A stretch of 63,125 nt of DNA, the filler included, from Reclinomonas americana ATCC 50394 (taxonomy: Eukaryota), in assembly GCA_048213135.1 (NCBI GenBank). It is 9 parts of 9 records of this genome, joined end to end, with 100 filler letters (N's around TTAATTAATTAA, not from the genome) between each part and the next. Parts side by side here need not be neighbours in the genome. Positions count along the whole stretch, not along the records: positions 41,681 to 50,285 come from AFZH01019809.1; positions 50,386 to 53,429 come from AFZH01019810.1; positions 53,530 to 60,645 come from AFZH01019811.1; 6 more parts are not named here. One strand, written 5' to 3'. Position numbers and translations under genes: made by a program. Below, piece after piece: positions 43,313-59,329 of this stretch (the stretch's first letter is position 1; each line of letters starts with the position of its first letter). Below the pieces are notes generated by a model. That model was not told where the DNA came from. It saw nothing but the letters and a program-made list of their open reading frames with translations, and made no database searches.

Positions 43313-46300
43313 TCACAGATAATCGGCCACGAAGCTGGCGAACTTGAGTTCGGCGTGCACAAAGGCCTTCTCGTCTCGCAAGCCGTGTCGCTCTGTGGGG
43401 TACACTTGCAGGTCGAACGGTTTGAGGTGGCGGATCATGTGGCTCAGGAAGACCTGGCTGTTCCGGAAGTGCACGTTCTCGTCAATGAGGCCGTGCACCA
43501 GCAGCAGGCGGTGCTCCCTGTGTTTGTTGTTGTTGAGACAAGAGAGAGGTGAATGAGGGGGGAGAGAGACGACGCGCAACTCGTCGGGAAAGTTGGGAAC
43601 GTAGGTGAGCACGTCGCCACGGCGGTAGGCGTCGGGGTGTGCCTGGGGACTTTAGTGGATAGAGGTGAGGTGAGGAGGCGATGCCACGCCAATAGGAGGG
43701 ATAAACGCAACGTTCCCATGTAGCGCTCCGTGTAGCCAGTGTCGTACAGCTCCCAGCGTGAGACCGGGGCGCCACTGATCGCCAGCTGTGCGGTGTGTGC
43801 GATGTGAGTAAGCGACGAGGAGAAGTGCACGGCAAGGAAAGAAGCGAACTTTGAAGATGTCAGAGTGCTGGCCGAGCGCCATGAGGCTCATGTAGCCGCC
43901 TGCGAGCGATGTACGTGAGACGAGAAATGCACGACGAATACGGAGAGATTCCAGCGCACCGTACGACCAGCCGTAGATGGCGACGCGTGACAAGTCAACG
44001 AGACCGCGCGATGCGAGTTCCTGTTTATGATTCAGACTTTGGAGGGGGGATTGGACTCACGGGGCGGCAGACTCACCCGCAAGCCGTCGATCTGGTCGTG
44101 CAGCTCGAATGTGCCCATGGCGTGCTTCAGCGGTGCCTCAAAGCCGAGTCCTGAGCGATGAATCACGCAGAGGGAAACATGGAGAAGTGAGGCGCGAGGA
44201 TGCGGAAAGAGGAGGGAGAAGAGCAGAAGCGCGGAAGTGCGAGTCATCACAAGTGCAAGGCAAAGGAGAGTTGGAGTTTGCGAGGACAAGGAGGGCGCAA
44301 CATACGCAGATGGTCGACATCAAACATACACACCAAGTCGTGCGTGTCACGGACGCAAGGAGGAAAGGATCACAAACGAGCGATGAACGAGAACAAGATC
44401 AGAAGGAGAGAAAGCGAATTCAGAAGGAAACAGAGACGTCGTATCACACTCACCACGGCGGTACGATCCGCGTCCGTCGATAATGACGCACACATAGCCG
44501 ACGGAGGAGTACAGTTGCATCTTCAGCATCACCGTCAGCGAGTAGAAGTTGCGCACGATCTGCAGGGGGCGTGAGAGAAACACAAAACTCGTGACTGCCG
44601 ACCACAAAACACAAACCTGCACGTGCGGGCCAGCGTACACGTACAGCAGTGTCGGGTACGACTTGGAAGGGTCGTGGTCTGGTGGCAGGTAGTACGCGCC
44701 GTTGATCTTGGTGCCTGCGACGAGAGGTGAGGAACACAACAACATTGTCTCGGCACTCCACTTGTGGCGCGCACCATGGCGATTGGCAAACTCAAAAAGC
44801 TGTGGCGGACGCGGGCGCAAGTCGGTCTCCGACACGGCGGCCTGATCAAAGGCCAGAATGGGAACGATTTGCTGAATGTCGGCAGCAGAGCCGTCGCTGT
44901 GAGTGGAAAGCAAGTGAGCACACGGACATTGACGGATAGTTATGAGTGCAGTAGCGACGAGAACCTGGCAATATGATACACGGCAATGTGTGGCGTCTGG
45001 GTGATGCTGGACGAGACGCACGCAAAGTACGTGTTGTCGCTGTTAAACGTCACCGACTCGTGGTACATGTGTGCACACGATAGCCTGTATGCAGAGGGTA
45101 AGTACAGATTCACTGTCTGCTGATTGATAAACGCACCTCGTCACCGGTCCAGGTTTGTCGCCAGCGAGTGGCGCCACGTACACGTGCGATTCCAGCTCCG
45201 TGTCCTTGGTGCCCTCAAAGAACACGAGCTGCGCAGAGAGAAGGGGGGTGAGCGACAAGGCAGCAGTTCATTCAGTGAATACGCACAACGCACCCTCTTC
45301 GCGGTGTCGATAATGACCCGACTCGACGGCTCCACTTGCCAGCCGTCGCCGTCGGTCAGCAAGCGCTTGGCCGCCACCTGTTGCGCTGGTTCAGAACACA
45401 TGTACACACACGCACCAGAGCACACACAGACATATGCGCGCACGCACCTCACTGCCACCCAACCGAATGTCGAGCAGCTGTCGGAAACCAGTGTCACCCT
45501 CGGTGGACATCACCAAATGCTGCACATGGCTCTCCGGCTCCGTGTACCACTCGTAAATGTCGGCAATCTGCAGTTACACGATGGTATGAGCATGCTGGGC
45601 CAGCCACCTTGCGCAACAGATGCGTGCGCGCCGCAACATTGATCCACACGTCCGTGCTCTCCTCGTGCAACACCACGGCACAGTCGGCTTGAATGGCAAA
45701 CGTGTGCACGACATCACGATCCGGGGACATGGCCACGGGGATGACATCCGTACGTGCCGACTCCAGTGCCGCGAGAGGCATGTACACCACGGCACCGTTC
45801 TGCTGCTCCCTGTCGAGCATGTGCAACCACACGCTGCGTGCACATTCAAACGAAGAGATGAGTGGCCTCCATCGTCGAGCAGCATACAACACCTAATAGC
45901 CAGCATACCCTTCTCCCGTGCCGTCGAAACCGAGACGCGGCACGTACTCCATCCACTCGAAACACGCATACAACCCGTCGAGTGGCATCATGTGATTGTG
46001 CACCGCCTGCACGCGGCTGAAATCGGCGGCCAGTGTGACGCGCGCCCACCCCATCGAGGTCTTGCAGTTCTTCTCGCCAGCACGCGGGTAGGTGAACGAG
46101 TCGCACTCTTGGAGGGAGACAGGAGCATGAGGGAGAAGCGACGAGGTGGCCGATCGGGAGGTCAACGCAACTCGGCGACTCATCACCCGCGGCAATCTCC
46201 ACCTGCGGGACGCCATCGTCGTCCACAATCGTGTACAGCACCTGAGCAGTGATCCACGAAGAGTGAACAAATAAGGCGCGCCTGTCGATGAATGCACACT

Positions 46301-47255
46301 CTGTCGCCGCCTCCGCAACATCATACACATGCGCGCCGTCGGCTGCGGTGTCGATGCGCGGCGAGATCCAGAAACCAACGTATCGGTCAAACTCCTCCTG
46401 CGTGATGTAATCGGCCGTACCAGCATACGCACGAGCGCCATACTCCGCCACCACATGGGTGACTTGCACAGTTGGCGACGGTGCCGCCGCACTGGCGTCC
46501 ACGGCACACACATGCAGCTCGCCTCCACGCGTAAACACACACAGACGACAATCGGCAGACAACTGCGGCTCCGACATGTCCTTTGGCAGCGGCAACAGCG
46601 CCGGTCCAGCCTCCTGCACCCTCAATGCATGAGCGAAAAGCTCAAAGACCATCATGATACCACATAAAGCGTGACCTTGTTTGCCATGTCCAACGAGTAC
46701 AGCTCACTCCCGTTGCGCATAATGACCGCATTGGTACTGCATAGTTGTAAGGTGAGACCCACTGTGCAGCAAGCAAGAGGGGAGTTGCTTGCACACACCG
46801 TGACTTGTAGCTGAACTCGGTCACTCCCGTGGCCACCTGACGCTGCCGCTCACGTGCCAGCTCCTCCTCGCGTGTAAGCTGTCGCCTGGTGTCGCCTACC
46901 TGCGCCACCAGCAGCGAGGGTGCCTCTGCACACAACTGAATGAGCACACACACAGACCGTGATTGATGATGAGACAACTGCAACTCACCAATGTGCGAGT
47001 CAGCTGCGTCCAGCGAGTACAGCGAGCGAATGCCCAGTGCGGTGTTGTGGTTGGTGAACAGAAGCATGCTGTGCGCACGAGTGAGCATGAGTGTGTGTGT
47101 GAGAGAGAGAGAGACAGAGAGAGAGCTCACCCGTCACCAGCAAACTTGAGTCCCGAGGGCTTCTGTGCGGCCAGTGTGCGCAGGCTCATGCCCGACTGCA
47201 CAAAGGCCTGTCGCTCAGCGCGTGTCATGTGCGACAGACGAGTGCGCTCGCTCAT
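43313..47255 (-). CDS. Dipeptidyl peptidase 8/9-like (S9B)
   Basis: QLTREEELARERQR, ADYITQEEFDRYVGFW, YPRAGEKN, YVYAGPHVQ, GWSYGG, YDTGYTERYM, HGLIDENVH, YPTERHG. Catalytic triad intact. Confidence 0.95.
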
Positions 47256-47440
47256 TGTTGTTGGTGATTGATGCAAGTTCTGTTGATTGGGCACTCACAA
47301 TCATAACAGTTGTGTGCCTGCTCAGCAGAGGTGCGCGTGCCTGTTCTCCTTGTGCCTCTCTCTGCTGCCTTCTCTTGCACGTGAGAGTCTCACTGTGTGT
47401 TGCTGCATCTCTTGTGTGCATCTCTCACACTCACGCAGAG

Positions 47441-49862
<2,422 letters not shown>

Positions 49863-50285
49863 CGGTGACGAATAATGGCGCCACAACATAGACCTACAAC
49901 AACAACACACCTGTTTTACTTTTTCCCGACGCCCTGCGCTCGACTAGTGACGATAATGCTAGCCGAGACGACATTGTGTGTGCGTGATGAAGGGGGGTGA
50001 TCGAGTAACACGATTATTTTTTGGTTTTATTTTCTCAATCACAACAAACAACAACAACAACACTTCACAACCGAACCGCGTGGGTGACGCGGAGGAAATT
50101 CGAGGGCCTGCGCGGCAGCACAGAACAAACGTCTGCCGTCGCCGAACTCCATTGCCGAAAGCCGAGCGTTCCCTGCCCGCTGCCGGGTGGTGAAACCACG
50201 AAATACACCACACAACCGGACTCACAAAACGGGAGGGACGCGGCAACCGAAACGGCGATATGTAAAGAGATAAAGAACGAAAGAG

Positions 50286-50385
50286 NNNNNNNNNNNNNNN
50301 NNNNNNNNNNNNNNNNNNNNNNNNNNNNNTTAATTAATTAANNNNNNNNNNNNNNNNNNNNNNNNNNNNNNNNNNNNNNNNNNNN
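50286..50385. other. Artificial assembly spacer
   Basis: N44-TTAATTAATTAA-N44. Confidence 0.98.
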
Positions 50386-50560
50386 CCCTCCTCCTCACAT
50401 CGTCCCGCCCGCTTGCCACCACACCGTCACCAGCCGACAGCGCGCGTGCGCATGCAATGCAAGCACACCAGCACACACACCCACAGGTCTCAAAACGCAC
50501 CGACACAAAAGAAATGGACAAGGAGCGGAACACACACAATCAGCAGAGTCGTACAGGTAC

Positions 50561-51614
50561 GAGTTCTGACTTGGAGAGTGTCTCCCAGTGCTCCCATGAC
50601 ACATCCAGTGTGCGGCCAGTGCGCGGGTCCGAGCGGAACAGCAGCGCTGCACCGGGAACCTGACAGAGCCGAGCGAGTCGCGTCAGTTTATATGTCGTCT
50701 GCAAATCAACTCATGCAGTCTCTCCAAGGACACACACACACACCTTGACACCGAGCTTGAGGAGGTGCTCGTTTGGCTCACCCGCTGGCTCATGGAAGAC
50801 GGCGAGACCCGGCGCCAACTCAAGTCCATCAGAGACGTGCTTGAGTGTGTGCAAAATCAGCGTGAATTCATCTGCGCGCACAAAACAGAGAGCGGCATGG
50901 GGGTGAGTCTCGGCGATGGTTGAATGTGAGGATGTGTGTGGTCTTGGTGAAGAGAGGAGGAGGGGGAAAGCGGGAGTTACGAAATGGCTCGGCGGCCATC
51001 AACACACAAACACAAAAAGTGTGACGAACGAATGCAGAAAAAGAGAGCAGAGTGAGACGTACTGCGGTGCATGCAACGCGTGTGTGCATGCGCGTGCACA
51101 AAGCCGCGTCGTGGCGGTTGAGCATGACTGTGCATCATGTATTGAAAGGACGGAAAAAACAAAACAAAACACACACACGCAAAACAAAACACACGCACGC
51201 ACACACGCGGAGAGAGCGAGAGGAAGGCACAGGAGAAAGAGATGGCGGAAGGAGAAAGGAGAGAGCGCAAGATAAGTGGACGGCAAAAACAAAAAGAGAT
51301 GCGGGAAATGGCCCCGGTCAAAACACAAAAACAAAACATGACGGCGTGGTCAAAGACAGCACGCACACGCGCGCGGAACATGAACGCACACACGCAAGTG
51401 AGAAAGAGTGAAGAGACGGAGCAGAAGAGGAGCAAGAGAGTGCCGAGTGTGTTTGTCAACGTGCGATTGGAACGGCTCACCCTCACACTCAGTGAAATGC
51501 TGCTGCACAACTGCCGACACACAAACCTTCACAAGCCCACCATTCCAGAGGCTCTGCTGCGCCCGGCGGAATATACAGGGCGCGACGCACAGGATTTGGA
51601 GACGCGGACGACAT
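50561..51614 (-). CDS. Hypothetical small protein (spliced, 3' end unresolved)
   Basis: Three exons join in frame: MSSASPNPVRRALYIPPGAAEPLEWWACE/DEFTLILHTLKHVSDGLELAPGLAVFHEPAGEPNEHLLKLGVK/VPGAALLFRSDPRTGRTLDVSWEHWETLSKSEL. The ORF track misses it. Confidence 0.5.
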
Positions 51615-51747
51615 CGGAAGGAAAAAAAGAAAGCGAGAAAGCTATGCGCGACGCGACTGCTGCAATTGAGTTTTTGGCGTGAAAGTGCGGCGATTTTGCT
51701 GAGTTCAACTTTCACAATTAATCTTCCGCATCGCAACAACGACGATA

Positions 51748-52168
51748 ATGTTTGGCTTCTTCACTTCGTTGAAGGAAAAGGTGTGGCGGTTGTTGTGCTG
51801 AGTGATTCCAGCCTCAAATTGGTCACACACATTCACACACACTCACAACTCACACACACTCTTGTCTCTCTCTCATTCTCACACACACTCTTGTCTCTCT
51901 CTCTCTCTCTCTCTCTTGTCTCTCTCTCTCTCTCTCTCTTGTCTCTCTCTCACACGTGCGCTCTCAGGGGGCACAACTGCTGGAGACATACAAGGAGGAC
52001 TTGAATGATTTCGTGTCGCAGACCAAGGAGATGCTTGCAGGTGGTGCAGGTGGTGCAGGAGACGCGTCTGTGCCAGGGGATGGTGATGATGATAGTCGCG
52101 TGATTGTTGATGACAGTGGAGTGGCGATTGTGGTGCGGGAACACGTGGCGGAGCGGCGGCGTGGTGAC

Positions 52169-52200
<32 letters not shown>

Positions 52201-52343
52201 TGTTGGGGAGGAGGATGAGGAGGAGGGGGAGAATGGCGAGGAGGGGAGGCGGAGGCGGTCGGTGGATCCGGGGTTGGCCAAGTTGCGGGAGATGGGAGAA
52301 GGGGGAAGGAGAGGGAGAGGGGAGACGGGGGAAGGAGAGGGAG

Positions 52344-52374
<31 letters not shown>

Positions 52375-52531
52375 CTGAGAGTGAGAGAGTGAGTGAGTGA
52401 GTGTGGGAGGGAACGAGAGAGGGAGTGTGTGTGGTATGTGTGTGAAACATGAGTTGTCACGCGAACTGCATGTGCAGTTGGAGGCGATGAACTGTGAGTG
52501 CTTGGTGTGGCATTCCCTGTGCTGTGTTCTC

Positions 52532-52570
<39 letters not shown>

Positions 52571-53892
52571 AAAGAGAAAGAGAGAAAGACTGTGTGTGCA
52601 TGTGCGTGTGTGGTTGAGCAAGGCGTGCGCTCTCCACTCGTTGCATCGATGGCAGTGAACTTGACTTATCCTCTGCGTCGCGCGTTCTCCGTCAGTGTCA
52701 GAGTTCGCAGGGCGGGCAGTCTCTTCGATTTCTGTTGAGTCCATAGTGTTCGTGCCATCTCTATGCATCAAGAGAGGGCGCGAGGCATCGAGCAAGGCCT
52801 ATGCTCTCCACTCTGTGAGAAAGAGATCATTCGCACTCCTAATCCTCTGCTTTGCGCCTTCTTAGTCAGTGTCAGAGAGCACACAGTTCGCAGGGCGTGC
52901 ACTATTCGCTCTTTTCATCGAAGCCACAGTGATCGTGCCGTGCTTCTTCTGTTATAGTGTGGATGGGAACGCAGAGAAGGTAGAATCGACTGTCGATGGC
53001 ACTCTCCACGATTTCCATTTGTTGCTCTCTGCTCTTCACGTGCCACGCGTCTTCGCTCTTTCCGTTGAAGCCTGCGCGCTTGTTGTGAGCTCTTCATCCT
53101 CTGCGTCGTACACCATCTGTCAGCGTCGGAGGGCAAGGGGCGTTGTACAATGTGCACTTTTTGCATCGTTGTGAGGGAAGGAGCCCTGCGATTGTCGTCA
53201 GATCAGAATTCAAGCGTTGCGCACGGGAGTTCATCTTCTCCCGCACCGATGGTTCTTTGTCGCAATCTTCCCTTCCTCTCTCCTCTCCCTTCTCTCCTCT
53301 CCCTCCCCCCTCCCCCACCCCACTCTCACCAACCACCTCCCGCGCCACAGACTGTACGCTCTCCAGTGCGACGACATGACCTTCCTCAGCGACCCCCAGG
53401 AGCCCGAATACGTCACCTTCATGGAGCGCNNNNNNNNNNNNNNNNNNNNNNNNNNNNNNNNNNNNNNNNNNNNTTAATTAATTAANNNNNNNNNNNNNNN
53501 NNNNNNNNNNNNNNNNNNNNNNNNNNNNNTTGTCACCTGTGCTCATCTCCTTCGCCCCCTTAGATGTGGCGCTGTCACCGCACGAACTGTTGCCGCCGCC
53601 GTTGCCCGTGGCGCCTGACGACAAAGAGGGAGAGAAGAGTGCCGCCGGCGCCATCGATGGCGAGTGGGTGGACGAAGATGGTGAGACGGTGGCCGTCACT
53701 CGCCCGCACGCATCGCCCGCCGCATCACCCACCGCTCCCGCACCTGCTCCCGCCGTTGTCGTGTCGGCGCCTGAGGTGCCGCAGCCGTCGCCAACAGCGT
53801 CGTCACCGTCCTCTGCCACCGCCGCCGTTCCTCCTCCCGCCGTTGTCGCGAAGGTCGACGAGGACGAGGAGGATCCGTTTGCGTGGTCATGA
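51748..53892 (+). CDS. BSD-domain protein (BSDC1/DOS2-like), interrupted by spacer
   Basis: MFGFFTSLKEK/GAQLLETYKEDLNDFV, RLYALQCDDMTFLSDP, and acidic C-terminus DEDEEDPFAWS after the spacer. The BSD core itself falls in the gap. Confidence 0.72.
53430..53529. other. Artificial assembly spacer
   Basis: N44-TTAATTAATTAA-N44. Confidence 0.98.
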
Positions 53893-53966
53893 AAGCTGCA
53901 GTATCATCATCATACGTACATGCACTACATTATGGGGCTCTCAATCTCTCTCTCTCTTTCTCCACA

Positions 53967-56900
53967 TCATTCGACGTATCCGAGGCACATGACGGCGGTG
54001 CGGTAGTGGCCCGGCTCGTTCCACTTCTCGTCAATGGCCTGGCTGAGAGCGGCCACCGACGAGCGCGTGCTCAGCGTCTCGGCGCCCGGCACGCCCTTGC
54101 GGAAAACAATCATCCACATTTCCTCCTTGAGTGAGAAGGCGCATTGTGTGATGGCAAACGACTCCTCCCAGTACTCGTCGATCGTGTTGGCCACCTCGGC
54201 GTAGGTCTGGCGGAATTCAAAAGCCTCTGCCGACGACTGATCGCCTGCGAGCGTGACAAGAGAAATCGTCAGTCCCACTCTCTTTTCCCAGAAAATATTT
54301 GTCTCCGCACCTTGCGCGGTGGCCACGAGCCACTCTCCAGTCACCACCGAGCACGATAGTGCGGTGATGTAGTTGCGGTTGTCTTCCTTCCACTTGGTCG
54401 ACACAAAGGCCTCGACTTCCGGCTGATTGTCGCACACGTGAAACGACGGCTTGCAACCGGGCGCACGCTCCATGACCAGTGCCCATGAGCGCTGCGACCC
54501 ATGATGAGCTCCACACTCGCAGCTTCCGTGCCTCCCAATCTCTTACACACCTGGCCGTGTACTGCGAGAGCAATGGAATCGAAACCCGCATCCCACTGGC
54601 GGTGTATTGTGGCCACCAATTCAGTTTCCGGGCACGTCACAAAACATCGTTGCACTCCAGGAGCCAGCGTCTGGTGCACAGACATAAGGGTGAACGGTTT
54701 GATGTGGTATGGGAGGCAAGAGAAGATCGGTGACACGCAACATTGCCTGTGCACAGCCACTCGTCGCGTTTCGGTTCATACACGAGTCCCGTCACTGTTT
54801 GATGAATGCACGAGCATCAGGCATGAAAGCGTGAAGAGTTGCTGCGGAAGTCGCACACACAAACCGTACAGTCCGTCACGTTGCCAGTCCTCAACACGCG
54901 CCGACAGAGTCGTCAGATTTGCCTTGGTGGTGACTGCACATGAACCTGTGCGTCAACGTGGTTAGCAAACGTGCCAAGCATGAGCTGAAATGGGTGAACA
55001 GGACGTGCCTGCCAGTCCGTGTCGCATCACCAGGAAGAATTTGCGGTGCAGCTGTCGCCGTGGCTGCATACGATAAACGTGTCAGCGAAACGACTATCAC
55101 CCCACCTTCTCTCTACCTCGATTCACCTTGTCACGCTGGCGAGCAGCCAGTGGCGAGGCAGGAGGCGAGGTGGATGACATGGCGGCGGCGACAGCCGCGG
55201 CCGACACGGGATCGACAATCTTGGTCGTCGTCCCGCCGCCGCCGCCACCAGCAGCACCGGCCGCAGCACTCGAGGTGGCAGATGACGCCGGCGGTTTTGC
55301 AAACATGCTTTCGCTTGCTTCATCAATCGCTGGCGATGCCAGCACCACGTCGGCATGTGGTGTCTCACGTGCATAGGTCACCAATCGTGGTCGCTGTGCA
55401 GGAAGGAGTGGTGCTGGCGCGGCTGCCGATGGACCAGCATCAGCTGCGGTGCTCTCTGTCGGCGCAGTCGCGGTAGCGGCCACGGTCGTGGTGGTGGTAG
55501 CGCCCTCGGGGGCTCCACCGGAAACAGCAGTAGCGGCAGACGCAGCAGCAGAAGGTGGTGATGCTGCCGGGGCGCGCAACCGCTCGGGTTGTGGTGCGAG
55601 AGATTGTAGTTGTGCAGCCACCGGTGTGAATGCTGCAGCGCATGTGAGTCGACGACGCACGCACAACCGCTCACTCATTGCCAAACCACACGCAACGATC
55701 ACCAGCCCCGCCAAATGAAAAGGCGTCGAGATCTGGCGGCACGACGGTGAGTCCCGACGAGCTGCCCTGACGACCTGAGGGCGACAAGGCGGCACCGAGG
55801 CTCGGTCGCGAGACGCCAGTCGGGGCCGACGCCAAACGAAGCATTGCTCGCAACGATTCCGGCGCGGAGGTGATGGTGCCGGCGCGTGGATGTACTTGTG
55901 GTGGCTTGTCCGATTGCGACTCCTTCAGCACCACATCCGCCGTGAGTGAGCTCGAGTTCCACGGCGTCTGCCGACCGCTGGTGGTCAACCGCACGTCGCG
56001 TCGGACCTGCGAGGCACAACGATTCAGCAGGGGCGAGCGGATCACAGGGCAGAAGAGATCGGCCCGAAAACCTTTTTGAAAATCGCCTCAATGTCGAGGT
56101 CGGGTGTGGGCAGGTACTTGAGCATGGCCTCCATGTATGGCGAGTGTTCGCCGGTCCCGTCGAAGGCCACCTTGCCGGGCGAGGTGGAGAAACCAATGAT
56201 GAAACCGCACGCCGTGTCGGGCACATCGATCTTGGCCAGACCGGAGCCGGCGGCACGCGGCATGTTCTTCAGCGGTCGCCCAAATGGGTTGTTGCGGCAG
56301 GCGTCGAGGAGCACGCAACATGGTCCGTTGGTGACGGTTTCAGCCAGGCAGTCCAGCAGCCACGAGAAGCTGACGCATGAGTGCACCATCTGGGGGGGGG
56401 GGGGGTGAAAGGGGAAGGGAGACGATGAGAGGATCATTCGACAGGAATCTGGGCGAGAAAGAGTTCCGAGTAATGGATGAGTGTGAGTAAAGACTCGACG
56501 ATGAATGGCCTGAGGATGCAACATACGCTCACAGGCAGGGCGAGGAAGAGCACAGGAGAGTGTGGAGGAGTGTCCCGGTGACGGATAGGCACGATTAAAG
56601 ACCAGACGATGCATGCCGAAGCGTGAGGTATGCATTTGTGAGAAGTCAAAGACCTCACAGCCAGAGTGCGAACGAACGGAGGAGAGTGCCGAGGAGTGTA
56701 GTGAAGACGGGTGGGTGCGAGTATCGCTGGACGAGTGAGGAAGGACGATGAAGAGTACAGCATGAGATGTGCAATCATTCAAGTTGAGCGAGGCGCCATG
56801 CGCGATCACGATCAAGATCCACATACGCAACATCAGCCTGCAGCTCCAAATGCCCCGTGCCCAGCGGCAACAAGTAGTTCTCGCCCTGCACCTGGAACGC

Positions 56901-57324
56901 ATGCCCACTAAAGTAGAAGAACGCCGTCGAGTCGGCCGTCAGCTTCGACAGCCACTCTCGCACACCCGTCTCAATCTGCCAACATGACACTGAGACGAAT
57001 GCGGTGACAAGAACGCGCTTGATCATCATGCCTACCTGTCGCCGATCGGCATCAATGACTAGCACGACCTCAAACTTGAGCTGAACGAGCAAGTCGCGGA
57101 GAGCAACTGTGTGAAAGTGAGTGAGCGAGTGAGTGAGTGAGTGAAGGAAGGAAGGAGGGAGAGAGCGAGTGAAGGAAGAAAGGAGGGAGAGAGTGAGTGA
57201 GGGAAGGAGTGAGTATGTGCATGTGTGTGTGTGTGTTACCTGCATCGGCTGGAGGGTTGCGCAACGGCGAGTGCTCATAGTTTCCATTGCCAATGATGAG
57301 TGCCGCAGCAGAGCGTGAACTCAT
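53967..57324 (-). CDS. Peptidase C14 (bacterial-type/paracaspase-like caspase domain) + Pro/Ala linker + C-terminal Trp-containing tandem repeats
   Basis: ALIIGNGNY..LRNPPADA, FFYFSGHAFQVQGENYLLP, LLDACRNNPF, FSTSPGKVAFDG..HSPY, VRRDV..TSGRQTPW. C-terminal repeats of the form ..W..G..IT.L....W.V. Confidence 0.9.
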
Positions 57325-57404
57325 CTTCTTGCTCACGAAGACAAATGTTCCGGTTGACACATGACAAACCGACAGGACACCGCGACGCGATACATACTTG
57401 GCGA

Positions 57405-59195
57405 ATGACAAGCGTGGCTGAGCAGCACACGCAAGTCGAGCGACTGGAGAAGCTCGTCGAGGCATTACAAGAGGGCGTTGCGTTGCCCCTTCTCTCTCAA
57501 ATCGCGCTCTTTTCCTTACTTTTCCCATGCAGCTGGATCACGCCATTCGCGATCGCGATGGCGCCTACGACGCACTGCACTGCCTCTTCTTGCAGATGGA
57601 CGATGCAGACGACACAGCACGACGGTATGTCACTCACGCGCACTCTCCCTCCACACTTCCCTCTCTGAGACTCACTGGGCGGCAGATCGCTGCAACGAGT
57701 GATGCGCGAGGTGCAAGAGTCGACGCAGTTCTGGCGCGTAAAAGTGCACAACTATGTGGTGTTGGCGGCGCGGTTGGAGTCCATGAAGCGATCGGCGTCG
57801 CAGGTGGCACAGCACATGGAGCGCAAGGAGCACATGTTTCAGCGGAAGCTCGTCGAGCTCATGGAACAGCTGACTGATATCCTTCATTGTCTACTGTCAT
57901 CACTGTCTTTGCTGTTTGTTGTCTGCGTCGAACTTGACTCGTCGTTGCGTGCACCAAAGGAGGCCGACATACAGAGACTGGTGCGCGCCAATCAGCAATT
58001 GCAAGACAAGTGGTCGGGCGCCAGTTGCGCGTTTTTTGCTTTCTCTGTCTCTGTGACGCGATGTTGACTGGCGGTGTGTGTATGTGTAGAGCGGCGCATG
58101 TCAGAGTTCACCGAGTCGCTGCAGGTGCAGATGCAGCAGCAGGCGGCGCACACGGATTCGTTGGTGGCGGAGCGTGATCGACTCGTGCAGCTGGTGGAGG
58201 AGCAACGCGTGCACCTGCAGCGGCTGGAGCAGCTGCGCGTGCAGCAACAGCAATCACCCATGCCACCGCCACCACCACCACCACCACAGCAGCATGCACA
58301 GCCCGTCTACGCACCACCAGCACCGGCACCGAGTTCGTCGTCGGCGGCCGCCCTGGAAGAGCAACGGCGACAGCTTATGGCGCTGCACGATGAGCTGGTG
58401 GCGATCCAGGAGGACTATCGTGCTCTCTCCTCCTCCTCGTCATCCCAGTCGTCTCGGCCGACGCTGGCCGCCACCATGAGTACGCTCGCAAGCAGTTCAC
58501 CGCCGATGCAGGTGGCGATGCTGCCGGTGGCCGCGGCACCGCAGCCGCATGTGGCGCCGCCGGAACCCACCCGCGCCGAACCCGTCGGTCCACCGCGACG
58601 CAGTGCCGTGCAGCGCGTGGTGACCTCCACCGTGCCGTCGCCCGCTGCTGCTGCTGCTGCGTCGGACTCGCAGAGTGCTGTGTCGCCGCTCACCGTCACG
58701 CCACCGCGTGCAAGTCGCTCGCGCGCACCGCCATCCAGTGCCGACGGCGGCGGTGGTGGCACGCGGCTGCTCACCGAGTTGCAGAGCGACGAGACGTCGC
58801 CGGTGACGCAGCAGCAGCAGCAGCAGCTGGCGACTCGTCGACGCCTGCTCTCGCCAGCCGATAATGCCGCGGCGATACAGTGGCAGTCGCCGCCGAGCGC
58901 CGGTGGTTCCACGCGGTACCTCGAGCAGGACGATGAAGATGACGACGACGACGATGACGGCGGCTTTGATGATGGGCGGGGTAGGTACCGGAGGACGGTT
59001 GGCAGCATGTCGACCACGGCGTTGCCGTCGGAACGCATTTTGCAACATGACAGCGCGCAGAGAGCGACGACAGGAACCGCTGCGCTGCTGTCGACCTCGG
59101 TCGATTCGCTCATGATTGATTCGCCCATCACGCCGCTCAGTGCGGGACGCGGCGCCGGTCGAGGTCGCAGTCGAGACACCATGTCGGCGAGGTAG
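57405..59195 (+). CDS. Hypothetical coiled-coil protein with disordered C-terminus
   Basis: Heptad-rich exons joined by GT-AG introns (MTSVAEQHTQVERLEKLVEALQEG/LDHAIRDRDG...). Long terminal exon ends TAG at 59195. Confidence 0.7.
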
Positions 59196-59329
59196 CAGTA
59201 ATGAAACGAACTGAACAGGAGAAGAGGAGGAGAAGAGCAGCAGCGAGTATCTGCTCTGCAAGGCGTGGGTGGACGGGTGCGAGCACATTTCACTCCACTC
59301 GCTCTCCAGGTATTTTTTCTCTTCCCCGC

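Noticed and set aside
49959..50285. Possible terminal exons of a minus-strand gene next to the spacer
   Set aside because: An exon-like stretch exists, but I could not fix a frame or product.
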